From Octopus sinensis (taxonomy: Eukaryota), in NCBI RefSeq assembly GCF_006345805.1, contig NC_043012.1, positions 22,444,001 through 22,508,000 on the forward strand: DNA of 64,000 nucleotides, given 5' to 3'. Shown here in pieces: positions 1 through 13,291 of this stretch. Under the pieces are notes generated by a model. It made no database searches, had not been told where the DNA came from, and saw nothing but the letters and a program-made list of their open reading frames with translations. The number at the start of each line of letters is the position of its first letter. Position 1 is the first letter of the stretch. Made by a program: the position numbers and the translations under genes.

Positions 1-307
1 TATATAGATCATCATCATCATCATTGTTTTGTTTTCTTTTCTACATTTGCATGGGTCAAGCAATATTTTTTTGAGGCAGGATATTGTGGCCAAATGCCCT
101 TCTTGTAACCAACATGCACCCGCTTTCATGCAAGATAATAATTGCCTCAGTCTATTGAACTACCAACAGCTCAGACATATTTTTGTGGAGAAATGCAAAC
201 ACATGACATTAATCACATGATCAGTAATACATCACTTACAATTGTTGTGCACATGACAAGACCAGATGAATAAACACTGTTATGTACACACACACACAAG
301 CGTGTAT

Positions 308-692
308 ACTCTTTTACTCTTTTGTTTCAGTCATCTGACTGTGGCCATACTGGAGCACAGCCTTTAGTCAAACAAATCGACCCCATAGCTTATTCTTTGT
401 AAGCCTAGTACTTATTATATTAGTCTCTTTTGCCGAACCGCTAGGCTACAGGGACATAAACACACCAACGTCAGTTGTCAAGCGATGTTGGGGGGACAAA
501 TACAGACACAAAAATACCACACACACATATATCCATTTATATTTATATGACTAGATTCTTTCAGTTTCCGTCTACAAAATCCACTCACAAGGCTTTGGTC
601 AGCCTGAGGCTATAGTAGAAGACACTTGCAGTGGGACTGAACCTGGAACCATGTGGTTGGTAAGCAAGCTACTTACCATACAGCCACTCCTG
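308..692 (-). mobile_element. tRNA-derived SINE family A (CORE-like central domain, internal microsatellite, AAAAGAGT-type tail)
   Basis: Reverse complement of the family at 12229-12656: head AGGAGTGGCTGTATGGTAAGTAGC..GGTTCAGTCCC, body CAAGTGTCTTCTACTATAGCC, tail GACTGAAACAAAAGAGTAAAAGAG. Confidence 0.85.
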
Positions 693-1417
693 TGTATGGT
701 TGAGTCATGGATATGACTTTAAAATGCATATAACAGTGAGGGCCTGGGTTGTAAATTTCAGAGTTTTTGAGGAGAGTGGAGTCACCTGTTAGCCCACCTG
801 TCGGGGTCCCATCTATAGGTTAATTAGCATATTGGGGGTTGTCTATTTATGTGTGTGAAGACTGAATCTGGCAGACTCTATACAAGAAACTTTCCCGAAG
901 GAAGGCTGTTGCAGCAATGCATTGTGGGATGCAGAGGGCAAGATGAGACAAGTGAGACACCTTGGTCGTCCACTGCATCCCTCTCCATCCCCTGGTTATC
1001 TTGACCTGGTCTTGCCACTGGACTGAAGGTGGTCACAGATGAGTGAGTGAGGCTGATGGCGTGCATGTCTTCTTCACTAGAAACAAAGTCACCCTTAAGG
1101 ATGACCGAATGGTCCTTGTTACTCTGATGGACAAACAAAATATATGTGTGTATGTGTATGTGTGTGTTTGTGTGTACACACATTACTGTAGACATTAATT
1201 TTCCTTTTTACACAGACTAATTAGTAAATTATAATTAGAACTACAAGTAATTTTGGGAATTGGAGCAATAATTGTAATTCATTGATGCATTTATATATAT
1301 TTTGGTAAGTGCTCATGTACGAAACTTTCAGTCTATGAGTCACTCTGTTGATTCTGCTAAATATTAACAAATAAAAATGTGCGTGCCTGTGTGTGTTTGC
1401 GTATGTGTGAAGTTCCT

Positions 1418-1670
1418 TGGGCAGGTGGTTAGGACATAGCACTGGTGATCAAGAGAGAGCATAGTTTCAATTCCCAGGCTGGAGGTAATGTTGTGTTCTT
1501 GAGCAAGATATTTTACTTCACATTGTCCCAGTCTACTCTGCTATAAATGGACTGGCATTCCACTCAGGGGAAAAGTTGGCCTGCATGCCTAGCTAGGGGA
1601 GGGGCATCATTCAAAAGTTAAAACAATACAAAGCATATTGTGGGGTACAATATCAGATTGTCTATCATGA
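1418..1670 (+). mobile_element. degenerate tRNA-derived SINE family C
   Basis: GGGCAGGTGGTTAGG..GTTTCAATTCCC..GTTGTGTTCTTGAGCAAGATATTTTACTTCAC, similar to 15884-16230 and 43655-43970. Confidence 0.6.
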
Positions 1671-1676
1671 TACTGT

Positions 1677-1954
1677 CATCATCATCATCATCATCATCAT
1701 CGTTTAACGTCCGTTTTCCATGCTAGCATGGGTTGGACGGTTTGACCCGGATCTGGGAAGCCAGAAGGCTGCACCAGGCCCCAGTCTTTTCTGGCAGTGT
1801 TTCTACAACTGGATGCCCTTCCTAACGCCAACCACTCCATGAGTGTAGTGGGTGCTTTTTACGTGCCACCAGCATGAGGTGCCAGGCGAGGCTGGCAACG
1901 GCCATGATTGGATTGGTGCTTTTTACATACCACCAGCACGGAAGCCAGTCAAGG
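1677..1954 (-). mobile_element. 5'-truncated RTE-clade LINE 3' UTR with (GAT)n tail
   Basis: Same 3' end as 40114-40630 (GGCACGTAAAAAGCACC..GGAAGGGCATCC..GACGTTAAACGATGATG). Confidence 0.8.
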
Positions 1955-1961
1955 ATATATA

Positions 1962-2414
1962 TTGGGTCATCCCATAAGTAATGTGTTTTTATTCAATTGC
2001 ATGAACTAAAAGTCAGAGCGGGGATGGGATAACCTACCTGCATCAACTTGCTATAAAATCAGGTAGTAATTTTACCTTGTCCTTATTCTTAGTTCAAGTT
2101 TTGAGGAGTGCAGTTCGATTTTAACAGTTATTTTTTCAAAGTGATAATAGAAGTGGTAATAAAGTGACAATGTGAGTTCAGTAAAGGCAACAATGCAACA
2201 GAAAGTGCGAGGAATATTAATGCAGTATATGGGGATCGGACAATAAGTATAAGCCAATGTCAACGGTGGTTGCAGAAATTCTGAGCCAGAAACTACAGCC
2301 TAGAAGATGGGCCTCATCCTGAAAGATCTGTAGAGCTTGACAAAGATGTCCTGCAAAGCGTGGTGGAACAACTGATGGAAGATGAACAATTACAAGAATC
2401 AAAAGAAAGGTCAT
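1962..2414 (+). pseudogene. mariner transposon 5' part with decayed N-terminal HTH domain
   Basis: TA followed by TTGGGTCATCCCATAAGT (mariner-like TIR). From 2174 it reads EFSKGNNATESARNINAVYGDRTISISQCQRWLQKF*ARNYSLEDGPHPERSVELDKDVL, a typical mariner HTH with an in-frame stop. Confidence 0.8.
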
Positions 2415-3824
2415 AAGTAATTGGGGGTCGATTTGTTAGACTAACTCCTTAATAGCGATGACCCTAACATGGCCACAGTCCAATGACTGATAAAAGATAA
2501 AAACCCAAAAATGTAAATTATTCCACAGCAATGAAAAGTGTGTTCTTGTTCTTGTTCTTGTTATGGGCAACCTGTGGCGCACACAGGACTTTCTGAATGG
2601 CACACCTAACAAAAAAAATCAACTTGGAATGTTTTTAGCAGTGTGGTTCCATGCAGCCTGCTTTTTCAAAAAGGTTACCCATTCTTAGGCTAATAACACT
2701 AGTTAATTAAGACAAGTTAAAATTTATGCTTGATTTCTTAGATTCATTCTGGTTTTGGAATCATAGACTGGATATTCTCCTTGCTTTATGTTGCATGACA
2801 TCCTCATTCCATTTCACAATTGAATGTTATAATTCATGCATCAAACTATTTCTCTTATGTACTTTCATTTTCATTTTCTATGAAATTGAGGATTCATAAA
2901 TTATTTCAACATGGCTTCTACTGTATTCCTGTGTTGAATATTTTGCATTATTTTCTAATGCTTTTTCAAATTCATTTATTTCTGTTCACGATAAATTATG
3001 TAATATTAGGATGTGCGTGTGTGTGTGTGTGTGTGTGCACAAGGTGGAGATACATAATGAATGAACTGTCTGCTAAAACTCATGCATATTATATCATCCA
3101 ATTTTCTAGCTACTGTCATGCGAGCAAGCACATTCATATAGACTTGTATTGGTTACTTGAGTGTGAAGCACCTTGTTACGTGATAAGAACCGATGGCTGC
3201 TAGCACGGCTGTGTGGTAAAAAATTCACTTCCAAACCATGTGCTTTTAGGTTCAGTTCCATTGCATGGCACCTTGGGCCAGTGTCTTCTACTATAGCCCT
3301 AGGTTGGCCAAAGCTTTTTCAGTGGATATGGAGGACAGAAACTGGACTGCTATTCATGAAATAAATTTGTAATTGGCTGAGTATCCCATAAACACAATGA
3401 ACTTAAATACAATTCTGAGTCCAACAAGCCTGGACCTCAACATTAATCTAGATAGGCAGACATGCTTTTGATGGAAGTCAGGAAATGATCAATTTCACTT
3501 GTATAATGATGAGGTTTATTTGCATCCATTGTATAATACCTAGACAAGAGTACACACACATACACACACACGATAGGTTTCTTTCAGCTTCTGTGTACCA
3601 AATCCACCCACAAAGCCTTGGTCAGTGAGAGACCACACTAGAAGACTCTTGCCTTAGGATGCTGCAGAGCAGGACCAAACCTGGAAGTACATGGTTGAAA
3701 ATTAAGCCTCCCAACCACACAGCCTCATCTGTCCCTACACAACTATATCGTTTAACATTGTAAGCAAGTATTTTACCAACTTCCACAATGAATATTCTCA
3801 TCCATCTTTTTTGACTCTTCATCA

Positions 3825-4038
3825 TTTGGATTATTGTGTCAAATGTCATCCTTATTTATTCCCATTGTTTGGTTTTAATCATGCATTGTCTTGTAGCTTC
3901 AAGATTTTAATGATGCGATTGTTTACTTTTAGAATGAAATTGTAAGATAGGTGTGAAAGGCCTGATCAGGCTAATTTGTACATAAAACAGATAGAATACT
4001 TTGGCCAGATATGGCCTGTCTAAATGCTAAAAGGTTAA
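3825..4038 (-). mobile_element. piggyBac-type MITE family 1 (degenerate)
   Basis: Reverse-complement match to 7613-7815, ending TAAATGCTAAAAGGTTAA. Confidence 0.65.
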
Positions 4039-4461
4039 AGAATTATGATGGATGAAAGAGTGGTTCTCCACTGTTTGACAATGAGGATTCAGTTGTTCAA
4101 TCAACTGAGTTACTTGCCCTTGAATTAACACGTCAGTAGACATGTTTATTCTGAGCATGGTTCTCAGGCAGAATCAGCATGGCTCTGTGGGAAGAATTTT
4201 GCCCCCACCCCACCCACATGGTTTTGGGATCAGTCTCACATCATGGAGCCTGTCTTAGTCTCGGTTGATCAAAGCCTTGTGAGTAGATCTGGTAGATGGG
4301 AACTGAAAGAAGCCTGTCATATGTGTGTGTGTTTGTATGTGTGTATGCATGAGTATGTATATGTGTGTGTGCTTGTGTGTGTTTGTATGTGTGCGTGTGT
4401 GTGTTTGTGTGTATTTGTGTGTGCATGTGTGTGTGTTTGTGTGTGCATGTGTATGTGTGTG

Positions 4462-4500
<39 letters not shown>

Positions 4501-5346
4501 GTTCGTTTGTGTCACTGCCTTTTTGTTTTATCACCATGTAATAGTTATAAATGAATGTCACCATCATGCAAGTCCTTTGTTTACAATCTCCTGCGGAAAC
4601 ATGTCTGGTCTCAAGGAAATATTCCCTTACTTGGAAACAGATGAGAGTTGGTGACAGCAAGTGCAACCAGTTGCAGAAAATCTTCCTCAACAAATTCCCT
4701 CTGACCCATGCAAACATCGAAAAGTGGACGTTAATGATGATAAAGAAGTATCAGCCTGATACAGTTCATAAGGGACAAATCTGCACCTCTGAATTACATG
4801 TACAATCCTACCAAAGAGATTCTATCCAGTTTCCATCTACCCAATTTCACTTACAAGGCCTGCAGAAATACTAGATTATGGAAAATGATGTCAACCCAAA
4901 ATGCCATGCAGAAGGATTGAACCAAAAAACTGATAACTACAAAACTGACACCATAACTATTCAGCCATATATCGATGTTAGCTACATCAAACCAGGTCTC
5001 CTTTAAAATTTACAATACAATCAGAGTAACAAGATCTTCCAGTATATGCCTCATCAGTTAAAAAGAAAAAAAAAAATCAATTTTAAACTATAAGATGGAT
5101 CAGATCTGCAAAATAGCAATCTTATTAATTTAATTTCTGACAGAAATTGTTACAATTTACGGAGCCAATTTAAATATTACAGAACACATTTCAAAATTTG
5201 TTGCCATTCTTCTTCTGTATACTTATTCTACTTGAATAAGACAGATATGTAGTTCTGCTCCCCAACTCCTAACATTGAGCCTAGAACATTCACATACTCT
5301 TGTTATTCTCAGTTTTTATATTGATATATCGATTTAGCTACATATA

Positions 5347-6125
5347 CAGGGCGTGATGGGTAAATTGTTGCCATTGTATATTTTTAATTTCCTGCATGTG
5401 CATTGTTTGGTTTTGATTTTGTTGACCATACAATATAGTAGGGTCAGTTGGGCACTGTCTGTGAGAAAAACAACACCAAGATGCAATTCACTCAGCCAGA
5501 AATTTGGAAACAACATGCTGCACTGCTTGGCATTCACACCAGAAGCTCCAATATGAACATTTCAAAGTGTTTGGGTGTCAATCTGAGGACAGTGCAGAGG
5601 ATTCGAAAAGAGTTTGATGAGTCTAATGGTGATTATGAGGGAATGGTAATTCGGAAAACTCACTCTGATCATTCTGATGAGAAAAGAACTCCTGAATTTG
5701 TTGGTGAAATCCAGGCCACGATTGACAACGATCCCACCAAGTCAATCAGGTCCATTGTCAGGGACATGGGAGCGTCTGAGTTTCTTATCAGCCAGGTAGT
5801 CCATGAAGACATTCAGTATTCCTCATACAAGATGAGAAAGGGCCAATTTTTATCCCAAGCATTCAAGGATGAGAGGAAAGACTGTGCTACGAAGCTTTTG
5901 AGCAAACTCAAGCATCCCCTCCAACCAAACACGCTTTGGTTTTTCTCAGATGAGAAAAATTTCTGCCAGGATCAGATGGGTAACACACAGTACAACCATT
6001 GGCTTGCCGTGTCCCCAAAACCTGTACTGAGAGTGATAAAAATCAAACAAACATCCAGTCAACATCATGGTGATTGGAGTGATCACCAGTGATGGTGACG
6101 TTATGCCACTATTCATCTTTCCACA
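5347..6125 (+). pseudogene. 3'-truncated Tc1/mariner-superfamily (maT-like) transposon; transposase from ATG 5481, frameshifted near 6050
   Basis: TA+CAGGG terminus; HTH segment ISKCLGVNLRTVQRIRKEF; DNDPTKSIRSIVRDMG; first catalytic D in WFFSDEKNF; continues out of frame as HPVNIMVIGVITSDGDVMPLFIF. Confidence 0.85.
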
Positions 6126-6199
6126 TACTAAAATAAATTTATATCTTTATGTTGACATAATTATTGCCTAAACTACTTTCAATAATCTAGTATACACAT

Positions 6200-6546
6200 T
6201 ATGCCAGCGCCGTCTCGACTGGCTTCTGTGCCGGTGGCACATAAAAAGCACCATCCGAACGTGGCCAATGCCAGCACCGCCTTGGCTGGCTGCCGTGCCG
6301 GTGGCACGTTAAAAGCACCAACCAATCGTGGCCGATGCAAGACTCCCCTGGCACCTGTGCCGGTGGCACGTAAAAAGCACCCACTACACTCGTGGAGTGG
6401 TTGGCATTAGGAAGGGTATCCAGCTGTAGAAACACTGCCAGATCAGACTGGAGCCTGGTGCAGCCCCTGGCTTCCCAGACCCCTGTCAAACCGTCCAACC
6501 CGTGCTAGTGTGGAAAACGGACGTTAAACGATGATGATGATGATGA
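6200..6546 (+). mobile_element. RTE LINE 3' UTR fragment with 3 tandem GTGCCGGTGGCAC subrepeats
   Basis: Family 3' end and (GAT)n tail. Confidence 0.8.
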
Positions 6547-6558
6547 CATTTATTTGTT

Positions 6559-7041
6559 GGCAGAATCCTGCTTCAAGCATGCCATACAACACCTCATAAC
6601 GGTTTTGATTTGTGGGGAATTTTCAGAAAACTTCTGCAAATTTGTGTTCTACACACAGGAACTCATGACTATGCAAAAACCAACAGCAAAAAAATTTTGT
6701 GTGTGATTTAAGGGCTATTTAGCTCTTGTTTTTAGCATACCTCATGACTTCCTCATTCCTGTGCCATTTGTTTGTCAGTCTGATGTACTGATGTTTTCTA
6801 ATATCTTTCTCCCTATAAATACATTTAACAGTCTATTGTTTGGACTTCAGCTAAAAAAATTTGGACTATCTGTATTTTAAACTAATTAAAAAAAAAAAAT
6901 TTTTAAATTAAAAAAATTTTTTGCCATAGTCATGTAATTTCTTGCGTGTAGAATACAAATTTGTAAAAATTTTCAGAAAATTCCAAAATATAAAAAAAAC
7001 GTTATGAAGGGTTATATGGTGTGCTTAAAGTAGAATTCCGC
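6559..7041. mobile_element. foldback/MITE with roughly 130-bp inverted terminal arms
   Basis: GCAGAATCCTGCTTCAAGCATGCCATACAAC..CATGACTATG matches the reverse complement of CATAGTCATG..GTTATATGGTGTGCTTAAAGTAGAATTCCGC. Confidence 0.75.
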
Positions 7042-7612
7042 TTATTTCCTATCAATGTGTTGACCATTTCCTCCATTTCATTTATCCAATTCTGTTTCTA
7101 TTTAAGTATTTATAGTTGATGATTGCTAATTCTATGATTATGGCAATCTCAATAGAGTCTCATATTATTTTCTTTTCCTTCTTTTCCCTCCCTCTCATCT
7201 GAAATTTTGCAAAGACCTTCACTATTTTCCATAAGTTATTTTTCCTGAATTGTAATTAGTTGGATCTCCCTTAATTAAAGCTAATATTCTATTAGCTCTG
7301 CAATAATTAATTGAAGCACTTTAATCAAGAGGAATTAAGTAATGCAAGAATTTATCAACCATGTCACTCTTTAATCTACCAAACAATATAACTCAATAAA
7401 TGTTTTTTTATTCTTTTTTAACAACATCAGCGTCTATCTGCTGGTATACAAGTCTGTTTCGCCAGTACCAACATTTATGAGTGAGATTGTTAAGTTTGAT
7501 AACATCTTTAGAAAAGAAATGTCTTTTAACTACTCTTTAATTTATAACTTCACTCAGCTACCCCACCCTTGTGAACGACGGATTCTAGTCCCACCCATTT
7601 TATATTTCTTAA

Positions 7613-7815
7613 CCCTTTAGTATTTGAACCGGCCACATCTGGCCAAAATATTTAATATGTTTTAGGTTCAAACTAACCATATCCAGGCTCTCACACCTAC
7701 CCTACAATGTTATTCTACATTAAGATCTTGAAGATATGAGATAATGCATGATTAATTCAAATCAATGTGAACCAATAAGCATTATGTTTGATAGAATAAT
7801 CTGAACACTAGAGGG
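7613..7815 (+). mobile_element. piggyBac-type MITE family 1, complete
   Basis: TTAA (7609-7612) CCCTTTAG ... CTAGAGGG TTAA (7816-7819): CCC/GGG termini with TTAA target duplication. Confidence 0.85.
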
Positions 7816-7897
7816 TTAAATGTTGGTACTTCTAATTAGAAGTTTCACTTGATGTTCAGTTGATTCATCAGCATGTCACTGCTTGCTTGTTTATTCA

Positions 7898-8023
7898 GTA
7901 AGCCTGATGAGTTGAGAGCTGCATAAAGTATTATGCAATCATACTGACGTTGTGCATTCTGCATATCTAACTGTATATGTTTATGTCACAATAAAGATTC
8001 TTAACGAAACAATATAGCAATAC
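7898..8023 (+). ncRNA. type I hammerhead-like motif with long stem II insertion
   Basis: CTGATGA 7904-7910; stem II GTTGAGAG/TTCTTAAC (7911-7918/7998-8005); GAAA 8006-8009; TA 8015-8016; imperfect stem I GTAAGC/GCAATAC. Confidence 0.6.
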
Positions 8024-8276
8024 AAGATGATCCATTCAACTGGTTTTTACTATGTTTTTACACCATGTTTAAGATTCCATTCATCTTTGGATACGTTTGG
8101 ATAATACTGGAGCTGAGGATTACCAAACCTCCTTTCATTGATGCATACAGTGCTATGATAATGGATTACTTAATTATCTCGTTTGTGTCATTCTGCCAAG
8201 CCAAAAGTTGTCGTGTGCTTCACTTTGATATACCTCGATCCTTTATAGATTGCCTTTAATCAAATCTATTAACATA

Positions 8277-8668
8277 TGGAGTGGCTTTGTGGTAAGTAGC
8301 TTGCTTACCAACCACATGATTCTGGGTTCATTCCCACTGCATGGCACCTTGGGCAAGTGTCTTCTACTATAGCCTCAGGCTGACCAAAGTCTTGTGAATG
8401 GATTTGGCAGATGGAAACTGAAAGAAGCCTGTTGTGTATATATATATATATATATATGTATGTATATGCATGTGTACATATGTTTGTATATGTGTTCCCC
8501 CCTCCATCGTTTTACAACCGATGCTAGTGTGTTTACATGCCCGGTACTTAGCGGTTTGGCAAAAGAGACTGATAGAATAAGTACTAGCCTTACAATTTGT
8601 TCGACTAAAGGCCATGCTCCAGCATGGCCGCAGTCAAATGACTGAAACAAATAAAAGAATAAAAGAAT
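8277..8668 (+). mobile_element. SINE family A
   Basis: Full-length match to 12229-12656. Confidence 0.85.
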
Positions 8669-8781
8669 ATATATATATATATATACATACTTGTATATAT
8701 GTGTATAGCAATATTTATATACTACTAAACATGGATATATTATTAAAATGTTGAATACTGCAGTATTTACCTTGAGAGCTC

Positions 8782-8815
<34 letters not shown>

Positions 8816-8825
8816 ATATATAGAC

Positions 8826-9225
8826 AGGCATGGCTGTGTGCTAAGAAGCTTACTTCACAATCACATGGTTCTGGGATTAGTTCCACAACATGATACTTTG
8901 GGCAAGTATCTTCTACTATAGCCTTGCATCAACCAAAGCCTTGTGAGTGGATTTGGTAGATTGGAAACTGAAAGAAACCCATTGTATGTGTGTGAGCATG
9001 TGTGTTGGTGCCTTTTTGTCCCCACCACTGCTATATAAAGGTGTTGGTGTGTTTATATCCCTGTTACTTAGTGGTTTGGCAAAAGAGACTGATAAAATAA
9101 GCATCAGGCTGCTTAAAAAAAAAGTCCTGGGGTCATTTCATTTGACTAAACATTCCTCGAGAAGGTGCCCCAGCATGGCTGCAGTCTAATGACTGAAACA
9201 AGTAAAAAGGTAAAAGATATAAGAG
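8826..9225 (+). mobile_element. SINE family A (older copy)
   Basis: Same head, body and tail with more substitutions. Confidence 0.8.
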
Positions 9226-9887
9226 TGTATACACACATAAATATATATAACAATGTGTATATATATAAATATATATATATGTGCACATACACACATATAT
9301 ATATACACACGTATACATGAAATATATGATGACTCAGCATGGTCACAAGCCAGTGCCGTAATTGAAATAAGTGTATGTATGTGTATGTCATTTGTGTGTG
9401 TTTGTGTTATGCTTGTATCTGTACGTACACACATGCATGCTCACACGTACGTTGCTGTACGCGTGGCGTGTATATATGTATCTGTAAATATCTCTGTATA
9501 AATTATATGTCAATCATAGAAAGGATTTTATTAAATAAAACACACAGACAAACGTGGACATGGGGACACACATCCTTAGATATTCAGAAACACACAAAAC
9601 GATTATGATTTTATCTCAAAATAAATTAAAACCATCTTTCTACTTGCTAGAGAAGCAAGTATATAGAGTCAATTATGTGTGTGTGTGTGTGTGTGTGTCA
9701 ACAGTAAACTGTTATTTAATCTACTCCACAGTTTGATGTAAGTATCTCATGTACATCTACAATCTTCACTGCCAGAAGAGTTGAACCAAAGGATGATCAC
9801 AGAAGATAACCACTTACACTCTACATGCTGAAAGCATCACAGTGATTTTACACTCTAGTTATATATGTTTGCTTTATACATATACTA

Positions 9888-10150
9888 TATCATCATCATC
9901 ATCATCATCATCGTTTAACGTCTGTTTTCCATGCTGGCATGGGTTGGACAGTTTGACTGGGGACTGACAAGCCAGGAGGCTGCACCAGGCTCCAATCTGA
10001 TCTGGCAAGGTTTCTACAGCTGGATGCCCTTCCTAATGCCAACCACTGCCAAGGGTGTAGTGGGTGCTTTTTACATGCTACTGGCACGGGGGAGCCAGAC
10101 AGGCAGCATTGGCAGTGACTCATGCATGAATGGTGCTTATTACATGCCAC
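9888..10150 (-). mobile_element. RTE LINE 3' UTR fragment
   Basis: (CAT)n then CGTTTAACGTCTGTTTTCCATGCTGGCATGGG. Confidence 0.8.
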
Positions 10151-10183
10151 ATATATATACGCATATACATATATGTCACGTGC

Positions 10184-10219
<36 letters not shown>

Positions 10220-10224
10220 ATAGA

Positions 10225-10403
10225 TCATTAGCTACTACACACATTTTTCTTCTCTCCTTGTTTTTTTCTGTGTATCTTTCTGTCGAAGAGCGTAGGATCG
10301 AAACGTAAAAGACTTTTTCTATTCCTGAGCGCTATACTAATACATTTGTTTGTTTGTACACCACCTGCCTTCGTCTTTTGTTTATTTTTGTAAACTTTCC
10401 CTT
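10225..10403 (+). mobile_element. (TA)n-embedded short element carrying a variant minimal hammerhead (10275-10312)
   Basis: TCTTT-CTGTCGA-A-GAGC GTAG GATC-GAAA-CG-TA-AAAGA; homologs at 33703-33925 and 40674-40925. Confidence 0.65.
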
Positions 10404-11304
10404 TATATATATATATATATACACGCATACATATATACACATATACATGTAAACATTCTGAAATTTGGGTGCATATCTGTGTGCAGACATGTGCCTCTGT
10501 GTGTGTGTATTTCTTCTGGAATAAGATAAATGAATACATTAAGAAAACTATATATGTAGTGATAGGTCTCTTGCCACTCTCCTTCTCACTTCTCTCTCTT
10601 TCTATCCTCCTTTCTCTCACTCCACAACCACATAAACGTAAGTACTATGTTTATCTAGTAAAGACTCTATTTAGTTGTTTTTGTTGCCTCCAGAAATTAA
10701 TTTGCCAATGGCTGGAGGTTATATTTAGCAAACTGTACCTGAGGTGATTAACTTCTTTTAACAGCTATTTACATTTAATTTTATTCAAAAGATAGATATT
10801 TAAATTCCCCACCCACCTGCAAAAAGAAAAAAAAGAAAGAAAACAAAACAAAAAGAAGAAAGAGAAGTAATATAATATTAACCACGAAATCTGTCTGAAG
10901 AAAGACTGGGTAAAAGAAAAAGTGCCTAGGGATGCCAGGTGTATGAAAACTTAATAGTAAAGTGATCGCTAGTGTTTTTGATGTTGTGTGTCATGAAATT
11001 TTAATTAATGAGAAATAATTAACTCTTTGGCAATTAAGCTGTCCAAATCTGGCCCAAATAATCTACTTGTTTCATGTTCAAATCAACCAGATCTGGCATC
11101 TTACACCTACCCTACAATGTCATTGTACCATGTTTATAGGAGATGTAGGATTGAGTCCTACAAGTAGACTTCAACTTCTCCTGTCCCTAAGGGTTTTCCA
11201 ACACCAATACTTACATTCTTCCAGATACAATTTCAGACAAAAATTATTCCACATTCTCTTGAAAGTTTATAAATTCTTATGACATCAACAATATATATAT
11301 AGAG

Positions 11305-11678
11305 AGAGTCAAGTACATCAACATCAAAATAAATATCAAATGGAAATTGTAGTTGTGATACCTGTGTCGGTGGCACATAAAAAGCACCATCTGAACGTGG
11401 CCGATGCCAGCGCTGCCTTGGCTATCTTCTGTGCCAGTGGCATGTAAAATGCACCAACCGATCGTGGCCGCTGCCAGCCTCCCCTGGCACGTAAAAAGCA
11501 CCCACTACACTCACGGAGTGGTTGGCGTTAAGAAGAGCATCCAGCTGTAGAAAAACTGCCAGATCAGACTGGAGTCTGGTGCAGCCTCCTGGCTTCCCAG
11601 ACCCTGGTCGAACCATCCAACTCGTGCTAGCATAGAAAATGGACATTAAACAATGATGATGATGATGATGATGATGAT
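11305..11678 (+). mobile_element. RTE LINE 3' UTR fragment
   Basis: Subrepeats, family 3' end and (GAT)n tail. Confidence 0.8.
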
Positions 11679-12228
11679 ATATATGTATATATATCTTGGT
11701 GTGCATTCCTAGCCAACAGGGAGGTGTCTAAAAGAGCATTGTGATCAGTGATGTGTAACAACATCTGTAGCCTGGTCAGTCACATGATACATATGTACAT
11801 ACACACATACATACATATATATACAGGGAGAATAAGGATAAACACAAGCTTATATTAAAGTTCCTACATGCATGGGTGTTTGAGGTTCCAAGTGCATATA
11901 GATACTCAAACACAATGGGTCCTCAGGGAACCCTTTATTGCACAAAGTTACGCAAAATTGGATGGATGGCAAGTTTTTTTACGATTATTTTAGGAAGGAA
12001 ATTGAGAGAGAGCAAAAGAATGAAAAGGCAGCATCCAAGGTACAAGAGGGAAGAGGGTTGGGAGAGATGGAGAAGACATCCAAATAAAGGGGATAGAAAA
12101 AGAAAAAGAAGGAGAGAAAGAAAAAAGTAAAGAGGACATTAAAAGGGAAAAGGAAGAAGAGAAAGGCAGGCAGAATGAATAGAGTGATTTGTCTATTAAA
12201 GTTAAAAGCACACATTAAAGTTATAGGT

Positions 12229-12387
12229 ACAGGAGTGGCTGTGTGGTAAGTAGCTTGCTAACGAACCACATGGTTCAGGTTCACTCCCACTGCGTGGCAC
12301 CTTGGGCAAGTATCTTCTACTATAGCCCCGGGCCGACCAATGCCTTGTGAGTGGATTTGGTAGACGGAAACTGAAAGAAGCCTGTTG

Positions 12388-12442
<55 letters not shown>

Positions 12443-12656
12443 TTGTGTGTCTGTGTTTGTCCCCCTAGCATTGCTTGACAACCGATGCTGGTGTGTTTAC
12501 GTCCCCGTCACTTAGCGGTTCAGCAAAAAGAGACCGATAGAATAAGTACTGGGCTTACAAAGAATAAGTCTCGGGGTCGATTTGCTCGACTAAAGGCGGT
12601 GCTCCAGCATGGCCGCAGTCAAATGACTGAAACAAGTAAAAGAGTAAAGAGAGAGT
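12229..12656 (+). mobile_element. SINE family A, young full-length copy
   Basis: tRNA-like head (TGGCTGTGTGGT A-box-like, GGTTCACTCCC B-box-like), CORE-like GGCACCTTGGGCAAGT, internal (TA)n(TG)n, tail AAGTAAAAGAGTAAAGAG. Confidence 0.9.
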
Positions 12657-12657
12657 A

Positions 12658-12870
12658 CGAGGTGGGGCTGGGAAGTCCCTGTCTTTGGGTAAAAGAAATA
12701 CAGGAGGATCAGTTAATTATGAGTTTATACAACATATTCCCCTCTCAGATTCACACCCTTATTGCAGCGATCCTTCAGTTTTTCCAATCCCTGTCAAAGA
12801 ACTCGGAAGGTTGAGCCTCCAGCCAGGCCTTTTGCGATACCCTTAAAACCAGGAAATTTTCAGCACCCTT
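12658..12870 (-). pseudogene. mariner transposon 3' end
   Basis: Minus strand reads KAWLEAQPSEFFD, then after a frameshift LEKLKDRCNKGVNLRGEYVV*, a mariner C-terminus; TA+CGAGGTGGGGCTG terminus. Confidence 0.75.
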
Positions 12871-13291
12871 TGCTTGAAATGCTAAACCCTCTTTCTTTCC
12901 TTCCCTGAACATCTGCTAATACTTTACATGTACCATGTCCTTGCGTTGTTGTTTTTTTTGTGTTTGTTCTTCATTTTTTTTTGGGGATTTAACATATATA
13001 TGTACACGTATATATAATCATGTCTATATATATACGTGCCCCAGCATGGCCACAGCTCGTGAGCTGAAACTAGATAAAATAAAAAAATATATATATATAT
13101 ACATGCATGTGTGTGTGTGTGTGTGTGTGAGTCTGAAGGCAGTTGGTCTAACGGGTGGGTGCTGACTCATAATCTCAAGATTGTGTTTTCAATACTCACA
13201 CCAACAATGTATTGTACTCTTGATGGGAACACTTCATGTTGCTCCTGTTTACTTATTCGTTAAGGTAACACTGAGACAGATTGGAATTCAA

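Noticed and set aside
878-1195. 105-aa minus-strand ORF in GC-richer sequence as a host exon
   Set aside because: It starts in a CA microsatellite and has no recognisable domain or clear splice sites; it more resembles a retrotransposon UTR remnant (unverified)
6225-6385. Regularly spaced GTGCCGGTGGCAC..AAAAGCACC repeats with variable spacers, superficially CRISPR-like
   Set aside because: The spacers are related to each other, the array lies in a LINE 3' UTR in eukaryotic DNA, and there are no cas genes
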